Part shown: piece by piece, positions 25,195 through 38,025 of the stretch | Layout: each line of letters opens with the position of its first letter | Position numbering within the stretch: position 1 is the stretch's first letter | DNA from: Felis catus | Taxonomy: Eukaryota | Assembly (NCBI RefSeq): GCF_018350175.1 | Contig: NC_058368.1 | Location: 69,256,001 to 69,320,000 of the forward strand | Length of the DNA: 64,000 nucleotides | Direction: 5' to 3' | Notes under the pieces: generated by a model | Database searches by the model: none | What the model was told of the DNA's origin: nothing | What the model saw: only the letters and a program-made list of their open reading frames with translations | Made by a program: the position numbers and the translations under genes

Positions 25195-25850
25195 TGCTTA
25201 TTCACTCAACCTTTAGTACGCATTTATTATTCTGGCATTATTCTGCTTATGGAGTTACAGCAGGAAACAAAAGAAACAAAGCCTCACGAAGGTCACATTT
25301 TACTGATAGGGCAATAAATAAAACGAAAATACATACTATAATGTCAGATAGTGAGAAGTACTAGAAATAAAAATAAAATGAAGTAAGAAGGTAGTGAACG
25401 GCAGAATGGCATTGGGAGGAGGGGTGGGTGGTCCAAGGCATCTTCACTAGTGGCATATTTTAGCAGAGGTCTGAGAGAAATCACAACGCCAACCCTGAGA
25501 AACTCTGCCTGAAGACCGTTAGTCTGATGAAAAAGCAAGTGCAAAAACTCCGAGGCAGGAGCAAACTTAGAATGTCAAGAAATAGCAAGAAAACCAGTAT
25601 GGCTAGAGCAGAATGAGCAGTTAGGCATGAGAGTGAGGTAGGAGATGGGGAAGGGTTGATCGTAGAGCTTGGTTGGCCATCCTTAAGGGTTTGGGCTTGG
25701 AGCGTGATGAAAGGCTGTAGGGAGTTTGAGTTTAGATGATTCCGGATGACCTAACTTTTGTATACGGAGAGAAATGGCTTCCTAACAGTCTAAGATACCT
25801 CTGGTAGGAGGGCAAATCAATAGAAAGCCTTTGGTAGGCTCTTAAAAAGC
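25195..25850 (-). mobile_element. L2 3' fragment
   Basis: ttcactcaac...gcaagtgcaaaaactccgaggcagga...ccagtatggctagagcagaatgag. Confidence 0.75.
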
Positions 25851-25869
25851 TGAGAATGTGTGTATTGTA

Positions 25870-26590
25870 CAAACTGGCAATTCTATTTCTGGTACGTAAC
25901 CGGGAGAAGCCATCACACATTTGCACAAGGAAACACCTATAAGGACGTTCATTGCAATATTGCAAGACGAAGTAATAGGGAAACTGACCAATAAAATAAG
26001 GCACATTGGCTCTTGAGTTATCAAAAAGAAGGAACTAGATCTATCTATAGGAACATGGATATGTTTGAGAAATAATGTGAACTGGAAAAATGAACATGTA
26101 GATCAATATGTATAATATCATTCACACAGGGGCGCTTGGGAGGCTCAGTCGGTTGAGCGTCTGACTTCAGCTCAGGTCATGATCTCACGGTTCCTGAGTT
26201 CGAGCCCCACATCGGGCTCTGTGCTAACAGCTCAGAGCCTGGAGCCTGCTTCGGATTCTGGGTCTCTGTCTCTCTCTGCCCCTCCCCTGCACGTGCTCTG
26301 TCTTTCTCTCCCTCTCAAAAATAAACATTAAAAAAAAATCACTCATACAAACTGAAAGCAATAACCCCGTCCCAAACCAGTGTTCTATATTGGTTGTAGA
26401 TACATAAATATGTGCAAAGAAAATGAAGACTTAATTGAATGGATGCCTACAAACTCATGATAGTGGTGATGGGGACAACGTTGGGACATGAAGTCACATG
26501 TCACCGAAGGTTAATCTGTAATGTTTCATTTTGTTGCAAAAACAAAAAGACTGAACGTAACAAAAATGTTCTGTGTTAATTCCAGGTGGT
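25870..26590 (+). mobile_element. Old L1 (L1ME-like) 3' end containing a SINE
   Basis: gcaattctatttctgg...aggacgttcattgcaatattg...gaactagatctat. Confidence 0.7.
26129..26339 (+). mobile_element. SINEC_Fc
   Basis: Standard head, body and tail. Confidence 0.92.
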
Positions 26591-27359
26591 AAGAAACCCG
26601 AGCTTTTCATACTATGTTTTCTACCTTCCTATCTATGTGAGAAAAAGCTCGACCATTCCACAGCAAGTAGTTGGAACAAAAGGAAAAGTCATTTTGCACA
26701 CTTATGGCCATATGAGATTATTTCGCCTTGGGCACACAAAATCAGATGTCTTTTTTGGACTCGAGAAGATAAAACGTTTTCCAGCCTTTGGGTGGGTAAA
26801 GCAGGCCTTTTATAACCCCTCAGGGACTTCGGGTCTTTGCCATGTCTTCCTGCTAAACGCTCTCCGGCAGCCTCAGAGCCCGGGTCAATGGTGCTTTCAT
26901 CATTTTATGTGAAGAAGGCTGTTCACACAGTCCTTAAACCTACATCCAATCAATTAATTTAAAAGAAAAAAAAAAATCTCCCTGTCCCTGGGGTGAGGTC
27001 CAAGGACTGAGATATCCTGTGGGCTGAGAGGAAGTTTAAACCAAAATAAAGATTTAAGCTTTTAATCCATCGATTTCATTCAGCGAGGGGGCCGGAGATC
27101 AAAACCAGTCTCACTGGTTGTGAAGACTAGAAATAAATAAACAAATGTAATTACGTTTTCACCACAAAGCAGTCATCAGGTGCATCCTCCGGGAGCCGAG
27201 GGCAGGGTGTGGGGAGGATCGGGATCCATTTCTTCCTCCCAACAGGCATTTTTGCAGAGCTTGCTGAAGGCTGACACAAGCTCACCTCCTGCTGATGTTA
27301 CAAATGGGCCCTCATGTCCAGTTAGCTTCCCTCAGACACACTTCTACCGGATCTGAAGG

Positions 27360-27578
27360 GTTTTTTTTTTATTTTTTGTGTGTGTTTAGTTATTGTTGAC
27401 AGAGAGAGACAGTGCGAGCAGGGGAGAGGCAGAGAGAGGGAAACACAGAATCCAAAAGCAGGCCCCAGGCTCCCCGCTGTCAGCACAGAGCTGGGCGCGG
27501 GGCTCGAACCCACGAAGCGTGAGATCATGGCCTGAGCCGAAGGCGGACGCTTAACCGACTGAGCCCCCCAGGCGCCCC
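27360..27578 (-). mobile_element. SINEC_Fc
   Basis: Reverse-complement SINE. Confidence 0.9.
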
Positions 27579-27869
27579 TGAAGTCTTTACGCTAAGATTT
27601 CAACCTCTGAGCCTACATTTCCATCACCCCCACCCTTAAGCCCCATCTTTCAGTCTCAGGAAAAAAGAAAGGCTTTCCTCCTCTTTTAGATGGCAAATGA
27701 GACACTTACTCCTCAACCCTCAAATACGAGAAACTTGACATCTCTCTCTTCTCAGTCAGATGGATCACTTTGAATCTCACCCAGTCTGCTCCCTAAATGA
27801 GTCTGGTGATCTCGGCCAGGGGAGGACCTCTCCCACTTCTCACAGAATTATGTAAGAATCCTGTTGACA

Positions 27870-28097
27870 GGGGCGCCTGGGTGGCGCAGTCGGTTAAGCG
27901 TCCGACTTCAGCCAGGTCACGATCTCGCGGTCCGTGAGTTCGAGCCCCGCGTCGGGCTCTGGGCTGATGGCTCAGAGCCTGGAACCTGTTCCCGATTCTG
28001 TGTCTCCCTCTCTCTCTGCCCCTCCCCCGTTCATGCTCTGTCTCTCTCTGTCCCAAAAATAAATAAACGTTGAAAAAAAAATTAAAAAAAAAAAAAA
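27870..28097 (+). mobile_element. Young SINEC_Fc
   Basis: Perfect TSD aagaatcctgttgaca; CpGs intact. Confidence 0.95.
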
Positions 28098-28357
28098 GAA
28101 TCCTGTTGACAGAAAACCAGGTGAGGGGCTGGTCCACAGCTTTTGCTTCATTGTTGGGGACACTCTGGGCTTCTAGATGCCAGGGTCTCTCAGCATCCCA
28201 CCCTGTGGAGTGCAGAATCCTCTCCTAAGCCTCTCGCTGCTGCTAGCCTTGGCCATCCACAGACTTCTGCAGCGATGACCATTTTTAAATGTGCCAACAG
28301 GTACATTCCTCCAGGAAAGGATCCTGAGATGTGTTTCTAAAGGCCCCGGCTGCCACC

Positions 28358-28393
28358 AGGATGCTTAACCGACTGAGCCACCCAGGCGCCCCC
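28358..28393 (-). mobile_element. Can-SINE head fragment
   Basis: ggatgcttaaccgactgagccacccaggcgcccc only. Confidence 0.8.
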
Positions 28394-29129
28394 AGTAAGT
28401 CTAATTTTTTACTAAGAGGACGTATGTTTTGCAGATTTTAACATGTTCGTATCTATCCTTGCCTTCGTCCTTTTTATGACAACCCTCAACTGTGCCCATC
28501 ATCCCACGTCTGTCTCCCCCAAGCAAATCGGAGTGCCAGAGTTATAAGACCATTCTTATATAGTCTTCTTATATTCCGGGGTATGCTGGTTGTATTCATT
28601 ATTTAAGGAATTCGTTACCAAATGTCAGTGCTTTATTGCAAACATAAATAATTTGTGGCGAGTCTGATGGACACCACAGAGTACGCCATTCAACCTCATC
28701 TCTGCTGCAATGTTATTTCAACCTTTCCTCACCCTCGACACCCAGCCCTGAACCAGTTTCTCCTCCCTCCACCTTCCCCACCACACCCACCTGCCTCCAC
28801 TCCCTGCCGGGCTAGAGTCGCATCCTTTCTCTGGCTCTCTCTAAAATGCCAGTGTGACCGAGTCACTCTCTCGTGGCTGCCGACTGCCTTTCGAGTAAAG
28901 AACATGATGCAGCCCCATCCTGGGCACGTGGAACAGGGTCCACGCCACCGCACGCACCCCAAGCCCCAACAAGCACAGGTTCCCCTAAATGCCTTCTACT
29001 GTCTAACAGCCTCCGTTTTCCCACACTATTGATTCTGCCTGGAATACTGCTTCCTCTGCCTTCTGCCTTCCTCCCTCTTCTCTCCCTGATAACCCCCTCT
29101 CTGCTGCTAATCCCATATAGTGTTGATGC

Positions 29130-29250
29130 TGGGGGGCTTCCATTTCAAACTGCCTGGGTTCAAGCCCGCCTACATCTCTGTCAGGCCTTGAGCAAGACAC
29201 TTAATCTTTGTCTTAGTGTCCTTATCTGTAAAATTGAGATCATAGTATGT
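29130..29250 (+). mobile_element. MIR
   Basis: ctgcctgggttcaagccc...ccttgagcaagacacttaatct...atctgtaaaat. Confidence 0.75.
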
Positions 29251-29291
29251 TAATAAAAGGTTAACTTCATTAACGATTAGTTGATTGTAAA

Positions 29292-29494
29292 TTTTTTTTA
29301 ATGTTTACTTTTGAGAGACAGAGAGAGCACGAGCAGGGGAGGGACGGAGGGAGAGGGAGACACAGACTCCGAAGCAGGCTCCAGGCTCTGAGCTGTCAGC
29401 ACAGAGCCCGACGCAGGGCTCGAACCCACGAACCGTGAGATCATGACCTGAGCCAAAGTCAGACGCTTAACCAACTGAACCACCCAGGCACCCC
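29292..29494 (-). mobile_element. SINEC_Fc
   Basis: TSD ttgattgtaaat. Confidence 0.92.
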
Positions 29495-29761
29495 TTGATT
29501 GTAAATCATAATAGCAGCACCTATTGATACGATAGTGGTAAGGATTAAATTTGCTAATACCAGTAAGTGCTTGGGCAATAGTGTTCTTTTCTGAGGCATC
29601 CCCCTCACCCCTCCAGACTGCCTCCAGCATGTCGCCTCACTGTCTTGTGATGGTCTGCTCAGCATCAGACAGTGGTTTCCCTCAGATCAGTGGTTTCTTT
29701 GTCATGAGCCCTGTGCCCATAGCAGCTCATATTACAGCAAAAACGCATTGGAGCTCAACCA

Positions 29762-30149
29762 AACCACGTTTTTCCAACACCCGCTGCGCATTAGAATCAT
29801 CTGGGGAGCTTTTAATACGTTGCCTGGGCCCCAAGCCAGACCAATGATACCAGGATCTCAGAGGATGGGGCACAGACTTCATATTTTTTTTTTCAACGTT
29901 TATTTATTTTTTGGGGGGACAGAGAGAGACAGAGCATGAACGGGGGAGGGGCAGAGAGAGAGGGAGACACAGAATCGGAAACAGGCTCCAGGCTCTGAGC
30001 CATCAGCCCAGAGCCTGACACGGGGCTGGAACTCACGGACCGCGAGATCGTGACCTGGCTGAAGTCGGACGCTTAACCGACTGCGCCACCCAGGCGCCCC
30101 CAGACTTCATATTTTTTAAAACCTTCCCTAGGTCATGAAGAACCACTGA
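29762..30149. mobile_element. MER5A-like hAT element split by a SINE
   Basis: gctgcgcattagaatcatctggggagctttt ... gaagaaccactg. Confidence 0.75.
29884..30100 (-). mobile_element. Young SINEC_Fc
   Basis: Perfect TSD cagacttcatatttttt. Confidence 0.95.
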
Positions 30150-30161
30150 GTTAAACCTAAG

Positions 30162-30333
30162 TTGTTTTTTTTTTTTCTTTTAATGTTTATTTTTGAGAGA
30201 GAGGGAGACAGGATCTGAAGCAGGTTCTGCACTGAGAGCAGAGAGCCCCATGCAGAGCTTGAACTCACAACCTTGACATCATGACCTGAGCCAAAGTCGG
30301 ATGCTTAACCGACTAAGCCATCCAGGCGCCCCT
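30162..30333 (-). mobile_element. Can-SINE
   Basis: Reverse-complement SINE. Confidence 0.9.
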
Positions 30334-30449
30334 AAACCCAGGTTTAAATCTCAACTCTTCCACTTCCTAGCTCTAGGAGTTTGGCTGAGTTACTAAAGCT
30401 CCCAGAGTCTATGACCTCGTCTGTAAGATGTGGATGAAAAATGTCTAAC

Positions 30450-30956
30450 TGCAATAGCGACACTCAGAGTATGTCCCCACCACCCCCATCCCCTTCACAA
30501 AGCAGATGCTCCCACAAAGAGGTCAGGGTATTTATTTTCCTGCCGACTACCCTGGCAAGTTATCAGAAATGTCTTGGGTCCCTCCATCAAAGCCTGAAAC
30601 TCTGAGTTGGGCACTCCTCTCCTGCAGATAGAACCATTTTCTCCCTATTCTAGTAACCATGACCTTCCCTGGCCTCTCCTGGGGCAGGAGCCACGATGGC
30701 CTCCTACTCCTTCCACCCTCAGAGCCCTTCAGTATACTTTGTTCGTTCTCTTAGACTCTGCCTACACTTTTTAAAATAATTCCTTTACTATGGGGCACCT
30801 GGGTGGCTCAGTCAGTTAAGTGTACGACTTCAGCTCGGGTCATGATCTCCTGGTTCAGAAGCTCGAGCCCCCACATCAGGCTCTGTGCTGACAGCTCAGA
30901 GCCTGGAGCCTGCTTTGGATTCTGTGTCTTCATCTTTCTGCCCCTCCTCTGTTTGT

Positions 30957-30995
<39 letters not shown>

Positions 30996-31090
30996 AATAA
31001 ATAAACATTAAAAAAATTTTAAATAATCCCTCTATTAAAATTTCCCATAAACCCATTTGAGTGTGCCATCTTGTAATCCTACTGATTATA
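30450..31090 (+). mobile_element. LTR33-like remnant containing a SINE
   Basis: gaggtcagggtatttatt; 3' ccatttgagtgtgccatct. Confidence 0.55.
30792..31020 (+). mobile_element. SINEC_Fc
   Basis: Standard head, body and tail. Confidence 0.92.
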
Positions 31091-31616
31091 ATAGAGAACA
31101 AATTGCACTAAAGAGGGAGAAAAAAAAAAAACAGAAAAAGAAGTGGAATATATGGTTAAATTTTAGAAAAGTATAAACAAACAAAAACAAAACAAAACAA
31201 AACCCTCCTAAATCCTATCTTTCCTTGCCAAATTCCCTGAAGGCAGCTAAAAAGCTTGAAAAGTACTCTGAGTATCTATAGTTTACTATATGATAAATTA
31301 AATAAATAAATAAACAGATTGTGTTCAGAGAACACAATCTCAGAGAAAGTCTGAGACAAAAGTCTCAGAGAAACTTTTCCTAGTTCATTATTCTCTTTCC
31401 TTTACAGACTTCTTTTCTTATTCTTTTCATTTTGGCCCAAATCATCTAACAAGATCGCAGTCAAGATTTAAGGGAGGTACTCCAGAAAAATGTACTTTGG
31501 GGAAATAGTGCGTTGGAATGATCTCAGGCTCTGGTGCCAAAGTAGACTTAAATTTGAAACCCACTCCTCATTCTGTAACTAAGACAAGTTGCTTATTGTC
31601 TCTAAAAATGGGGTAA

Positions 31617-31789
31617 GGGGCGCTTGGGTGGCTCAGTTGTTTAAGCGTCTGACTTGATTTCGGTTCAGGTCGTGATCACATGGTCATGAGATTGAGCCCC
31701 TCATCAATGTGGAGCCTACGCAAGATTCTCTCCCTCTCCCTCTGCCTCTCTCTCTCAAAAATAAAAACTAAATAAAAATAAAAATAAAC
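31617..31789 (+). mobile_element. Can-SINE inserted in a MIR
   Basis: TSD-like atggggta. Confidence 0.88.
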
Positions 31790-31863
31790 ATGGGGTATGA
31801 ATTCTTATCTCATGGGTTTTTGCAAGATGCTATATCATGATAATTATAATAGTTAATATTTTA

Positions 31864-31986
31864 GGGGCACTGGGGTGGCTCAGTTGGCTGAGCACCCTAC
31901 TCTTGATTTTGAGTCGGGTCATGATCCCAGGGTTGTGGGATCAAACCCCAAGTCAGGCTCTGCCATGAGCATGGAGCCTGCTTGAG

Positions 31987-32022
<36 letters not shown>

Positions 32023-32080
32023 CCTCTCCCCCACTCATGCTTTCTGTCTCTTTCTCAAAAAATAAAAATAAATTTTAAAT
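31864..32080 (+). mobile_element. Can-SINE
   Basis: Standard head, body and tail. Confidence 0.9.
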
Positions 32081-32459
32081 ATATTTCACCTTTATAAGTC
32101 AGGCAATGTGATAAGCATTTTATATATCCCATTTAATTCTCACAAAAACCCTAGGAGGTAGGTGCTATTTTTAATCCCCAGGGAAGTTAAGCAATTTGTC
32201 TGAGGCCAAACACGAGCTAGCAAATAACAGCATTAGGCAATAATATATGATGTAAGTTGCCTAGAGATCATATTAGGCACATATTAATGATATCCTCTGC
32301 TATTTTGATAATGATTAATTTTCTTCTCCAAGTTGGGGAGGGAATGAGTTCAGAATAAGCTAAGTAATTATACCACTTTCTTCTTACCCCAGTAGTCTGG
32401 AATTCAAGATTTTTTCTATCTGGAACTTAAATGAGTATAATGCTTAGTGTCTCACTCCT

Positions 32460-32955
32460 ACAAATTTCCCCCCCCCAAAAAAAATATATCCACAAAACGA
32501 TGTATACAAGAATGCTCAGAGTAGCTTTATCCTTAATAACCTAAAACTAGAAACTTCCCAAATGCCCATCAACACAAAAATGGGAAAATGAATGACAGCA
32601 CATCCATGCAATGGAATACTACTGAGCAATAAAAAGAAATGAAGTGCTGGGGCGCCTGGGGGCTTCAGTCGGTTGGGCATCTGACTTCGGCTCAGGTCAT
32701 GATCTCATGGTTCATGGGTTCGAGCCCCGTGTCGGGCTCTGTGCTGACAGCTTGGAGCCTGGAGCCCGCTTTGGATTCTGGGTCTCCCTCTCTCCCTGCT
32801 CCTCCCCTGCTCATGGTCTGTCTCTCTCTGTCTCAAAAATAAATAAATAAATAAAAAAAACATTCAAAAAATTAAAAAAAAGAAATGAAGTGCTGACACA
32901 CATAACAACATGGATGGATCTCAGAAATATTATACTTAGTGAAAAAAGACAGAAA
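32460..32955 (+). mobile_element. Old L1 3' fragment containing a SINE
   Basis: ccaaatgcccatcaac...atgcaatggaatactact...caacatggatggatctcagaaat. Confidence 0.8.
32649..32880 (+). mobile_element. SINEC_Fc
   Basis: TSD aaaaagaaatgaagtgctg. Confidence 0.93.
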
Positions 32956-34249
32956 GTGCACCTCATTGCTCCCATCCAACAGGAGAAAGGGAGGGGCTTG
33001 CTGAGTGTTCTCTCAGGAACAGAGAGCTTGCCCAGAAACACTCTCTGTATCTCTGGCCAGAGTTGGGTCGCTCACCCTTCATGAACCAGTTCACTGTTCT
33101 TGAGGATTCACTGTTCTTGAGGCCGTCAGGCGCCCCACTGAACTAAGAATAATCTCCCCAAATGCACTGCTTCTAAAGGAGAAGACCAGCTTTTGGAAAG
33201 GAAACTATAATATCCACTTAGGGTAACGGGAGGGGATAAGACTGGGGCGAAAAACCCAGATTGTGGAGAACCTTTAATAACAGACTGAGGAACTTGAGTC
33301 TAACATAATTAATAGGGAGCAAGAAAGTGACCTAGGGGAAATTGACGATCGTAGTATTGAAAAGGGGCATTGGATTTGAAGTTGTCGGGTCTAAGCCTGG
33401 TTCTGCGGCTTGTTAACTGCATAAGCTTTGACTCTTAGATCTCTTAGCAGCTCAGGACCACCATACCTTAGCAGTAACATGAGAATGAGAATGAGCAATT
33501 TCAAACCTATTGTTACGAGAATTGTAGTGAAAATATATTCTTTATAATTCATTCAATCTGTATTTATCGAGGATTTGTTAAACACCTGCAATAAAATGTA
33601 ATAAAAAATATAAGAATAAATGATGCTAAGAACATGAGCCCATTCGGTAAGCCCCCGCTCAGCTCCTTGCTTTTGACATTATTCTCTGCAAGTCATTTCT
33701 GGCTGTGCAACTCTACTTTTACTAAACTGAAAGCCAGCAATCTAACTTTTCTGCATCCTTGGGCAGGGGATGTGCTCATGCCTTTGTTCACTCGACAAAT
33801 GCATTATAGAGAAGTACGAACAAACGGGCTGTTCTGTCATTATTCAATCCTGCTTCTTGCTTTCGCAGTGGCCCTGGATTTAGTTATCCAGACAACCTGA
33901 CCCCCACGCTCATAACACAAATGGCGTGCAGAGCCGCGGACCAGCACCCTGCTCAGTCTCTCATCCTTTTCCTAGATTACTTAGAATGTCTCCATTAGGT
34001 CCGTGGAAACGGAAAGGAATCACATCTGTTCTTGGCTATTTTCAGAATCTCTTTAGGAAAAAAAAAAAAATTTGAATGGCAAGCTTCTGCAGTTTTCCTG
34101 AGGACACTATACTATACCCTTCCAAAGTTGAGATGATAATTAAATAGAACCTAGCTATTTATTTTTGATGCTTGCAAAGTTCATTGATATTCAGTACCTC
34201 GATACATTTCTTTACAAGATAACAGATGGAAAAAAATTAGCTGAAGAGA

Positions 34250-34900
34250 ATGAATAGCTAATAAAGCAAGAGTTGCAAATGACCAATAAATGCACAAAAA
34301 TTCCCAGGTCTCTCGTGAGTGAGGAAATCCAAACTAAGACGATAATGAAGCATCTTTTTGCACCAAGTAAATTTACAAAGTTGAAAAAGAACGGTAATGC
34401 CGCATGAGGGAATTTTCAAATAGAGGAAGTAGGTCTTTGCATTTTTTCTACTTTCATAACTACAGCTTTTTTGCTAGAACTATAACATTGGGATGAACTT
34501 TTTGGAAGGGAATTTGGCAGTAAGTATCAAAATTTAAAATACATGATACCCTTTGTCCCAGCAATTCATACCTAGAACTATATAATAGGGAAATAACCAG
34601 AGATGTGAATATATTTACTTGTACAGAGTTATTCATTGTAATGTTATTTATAAGTGAAAAAAACACAATCTAAATATCCAACTATAAAGAATTTTAATAA
34701 TATGTAACCATTAAAAATCATGTTGTGAAAGTATTTTATAATAACATTGGGAAATATAGACAATATAATAAGTTTTTTTTTAAGCCACATAATTATGTAT
34801 AGTATGATTCTTCTAAAAATCATGTATGTGTGTGTCAGGGGGTGAGACTAATGGTGGTAGGTATACAAAATAGCAGCCCTGTCTATCCTGCAGGATTAGA
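34250..34900 (+). mobile_element. L1ME-type 3' end
   Basis: tttggaagggaatttggcagta...cccagcaattc...aatctaaatatccaactata. Confidence 0.75.
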
Positions 34901-34904
34901 ATTT

Positions 34905-35680
34905 TTTTTTTAATTTGTTAGAATTTATCTATTTTACTTTTTTAAATTTAAATCCAAGTTAGTTAACATGTGGTGTAATAATGATTTCAAGAATAGAACT
35001 TAGTGATTCATCACTTAAATATAACACCCAGTGTTCATCTCAAAAAGTGTCCTCCTTAACCCCCCCTTCCCATTTAGCCCATCCCCCCACCCAACACCCG
35101 TCTAGCAACCGTCTCTGTATCTAAGAGTCTCTTATGGTTTGTCACCCTCTCTGTTTTTATATTATTTTTTTGCTTCCCTTGTGTTCATCTGTTTTGTGTC
35201 TTAAGTTCCACACATGAGTGAAGTCATATGATATTTGTCTTTCTCTGACTTATTTCACTTAGCATAATACCCTCTAGTTCCATCCACATTATTGCAAATG
35301 GCAAAATCTCATTCTTTTTGATCACCTAGTAATATTCCATTGTGTGTGCATATACCACGTCTTTTTTATCCATTCATCCCTTGAGGGACATTTGGGCTCT
35401 TTCCATGCTTTGGCTGTCATCGATAGCGCTGCTATAAACACTGGGGTTCATGTGCCCCTTTGAAACAGCACAGCTGTACCCTCTGGATAAATACCTAGTA
35501 GTGCAATTGCTAGGTCGTAGGGTAGTTCTATTCTTAGCTTTTTCAGCAACCTCCATACTGTTTTCCAGAGTGGCTGCACCGGTTTGCATTCCCACCAGCA
35601 GTGCAAAAGAGTTCCCTTTGTCCGCATCCTCCACAACATCTGTTGTTGCCTGAGTTGTTAATATTAGCCATTCCTACAGT
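34905..35680 (-). mobile_element. Carnivore L1 3' end (ORF2 C-terminus plus 3'UTR)
   Basis: Minus-strand ORF fragments resemble the L1 ORF2 tail ([39 protein letters not shown]); carnivore-type 3'UTR. Confidence 0.92.
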
Positions 35681-36075
35681 ATCATAATCAAAGGAATTTT
35701 TCTTCCTTCACTTTTTTTTGCATGTTTTTCAGGTTTTCTGCTATGAACATTTATTTCCTAATAATGGAAATGCAGGGGGAAAAGGTTTTTAAAAGAATCT
35801 TGTGATTCTTAAGAACTTTGTCAAATTCCCCTTTGCCTTCATCCAAAAGTACAAAATAAATAAAGTTTAAAGTAAGACAACACCATGTTACTAAGTTACA
35901 TCTTACAGTATATTAGGGTAAGGTCCAATTCTTACTACTACCCCTGTCCTCTAGCTCAGTCCTTTCAAATTCAAGCTGGTCTAACCAGGCCTTCCTATTG
36001 AGAGCCTCAGCCATATCCTCAAATGCTACCCCCACTGCTACCAATATTATCTTCTTTTAAAAATAAGTTACTCGT

Positions 36076-36253
36076 GGGGCTCCTGGGTGGCTCAGTCAGT
36101 TAAGTGTCCAGCTCTTGATTTTGGCTCAGGTCATAATCTCACAGTTCATGGGATCGAGCCCCACATCAGGCTCTGTACTGACGGCATAGAACCCGCTTGG
36201 GATTCTCTCTCTCCCTCTCTCTCTGCCCCTCCCCCTGCTTGCGCTCACACAGG

Positions 36254-36302
<49 letters not shown>

Positions 36303-36345
36303 AAAATAAATAAATAAACTTTAAAAAATAAATAAATAAAATAAA
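36076..36345 (+). mobile_element. Can-SINE
   Basis: Standard head, body and tail. Confidence 0.9.
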
Positions 36346-36768
36346 ATATTTGCCCGTTCTTTACAATGGGTAATATATGCACCTGGTACAAAAACCCAAC
36401 ATGTAAAGGAAGTAGCTATGCATATAAAATAGACATGTATAGATCGTTTTCTTTTCTTTGGGTACAAATAGTCGTGCATGCTTTTCATTACAAGGATGTA
36501 GTCTTTCGTTGACTGATAGGAGGTTGAGGCAATTGTCCGTCTTTATATTCCCAATTTTCTGCTTCACTTTGTTTTAGAGATGTTTTCTACAGACAGCAGG
36601 TAGTTGGGTTTTGCGTAGTAATTCAACAAGAGTGTTTTTACTATTGTCAGCAGGTGAGACTAACCCGCCTACATTTACGTATGTGAGCGGATTGTGTGGT
36701 CCTGGTTCTGTCATCCCGTTTTACGTTATAGTACTCATGTCTCCGTTGCCTTTAAAAATGCTCTCATT

Positions 36769-36997
36769 GGGGCGCCTGGGTGGCGCAGTCGGTTAAGCGT
36801 CCAACTTCAGCTCAGGTCACGATCTCGCGGTCCGGGAGTTCGAGCCCCGCGTCGGGCTCTGTGCTGACAGCTCGGAGCCTGGAGCCTGTTTCCGATTCTG
36901 TGTCTCCCTCTCTCTGGCCCTCCCCCGTTCATGCTCTGTCTCTCTCTGTCTCAAAAATAAATTTAAAAAACGTTGAAAAAAAATTAAAAAAAAAAAA
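36769..36997 (+). mobile_element. Young SINEC_Fc
   Basis: TSD aaaaatgctctcatt. Confidence 0.93.
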
Positions 36998-37010
36998 ATG
37001 CTCTCATTTA

Positions 37011-37235
37011 GGGGCGCCTGGGTGGCTCAGGCGGTTAAGCGTCCGATTTCGGCTCAGTCACGATCTCACCATTCAAGAGTTCAGGCCCCACGTGGGGCTC
37101 TGTGCCGACAGCTCAGAGCCCGGAGCCTGCTTCCAATTCTGTGTCTCCCTCTCCCTCTGCCCCTGCCCCCATTCACACTCTCTCTCTCACTCACTCTCAA
37201 AAATAAATTAAAATGTAGAAAATTTTTTAAAATAA
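37011..37235 (+). mobile_element. SINEC_Fc
   Basis: Follows the TSD of the previous copy; ends in taaaaacactctcatt. Confidence 0.92.
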
Positions 37236-37779
37236 AAACACTCTCATTCTATGGGCTGCGACTTCTTTATGCAGTGTATGTGGGGTTTTTTTAATACTTG
37301 CAAACTTGACGTTTTTGTTCGAATGGACACATTCATAACTATAATTTTGCTTTTTTCATTATTTTCTATTTTCCTATTCTTTCTTTTTTTCGCAGCTAGT
37401 ACAAAATTCAAAAGATACAAGAGTACACAGTAAAAAATGTCTCCTTCTGCGATCTTCCCAGCACTCATTTCTTCCCCCCCCCCCCGTACCCATTTCTTAA
37501 TCCTAGAGGCAATTATATAAAGAATCCTTCATAGCCATAATTCCATACAGTTCACTCAATGGTTTGTTTTTAGACAGTGTCAGCTACTGCCATTATGAGC
37601 AATAGTAAAATTAATTTACCTCTTTTTTCTTCCACATCCCCACCATTGCCTTATTTTTGTTAACTGAAAATTTCTTAGTGTTTCCCCTTGTTCCTTAAAT
37701 ATATTTTACACATGTTGACATGCCAGATTCCAATGATTTCTTGTATCTCTAACATCAAGCATTGAAAATACAGTACTTA

Positions 37780-38025
37780 AGGGAGCCTGGGGGGCTCAGT
37801 CAGTTGAGCGTCGACTTTGGCTCAGGTCGTGATCTTGCAGTTCGTGAGTTCGAGCCCCACCTTGGGCTCTGTGCTGACAGCTCAGAGCCTGGAGCCTGCT
37901 TTGGTTTCTGTGTCTCCCTCTCTCTGTGTGCCCCTCCCCTGCTGGTGCTCTGTCTCTCTCTCTCCCTCTCAAAAATAAATAAACTTTTTTTTTTTAAGTT
38001 GTAGCTAAGTTAAAAAAAAAAAAAA
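37780..38025 (+). mobile_element. SINEC_Fc
   Basis: Standard head, body and tail. Confidence 0.9.

Noticed and set aside
27286..27352. Minus-strand coding exon (donor GAG|gtgagc)
   Set aside because: Stops in all three frames and a poor acceptor; at most non-coding.
33980..34054. Minus-strand acceptor after a poly-T run
   Set aside because: The pyrimidine tract is a simple A-run on +; the short frames have no recognisable product.
35374..35653. ORFs with L1 ORF2 similarity as an active L1
   Set aside because: Only ~0.8 kb of a 3' end; frameshifted and 5'-truncated.
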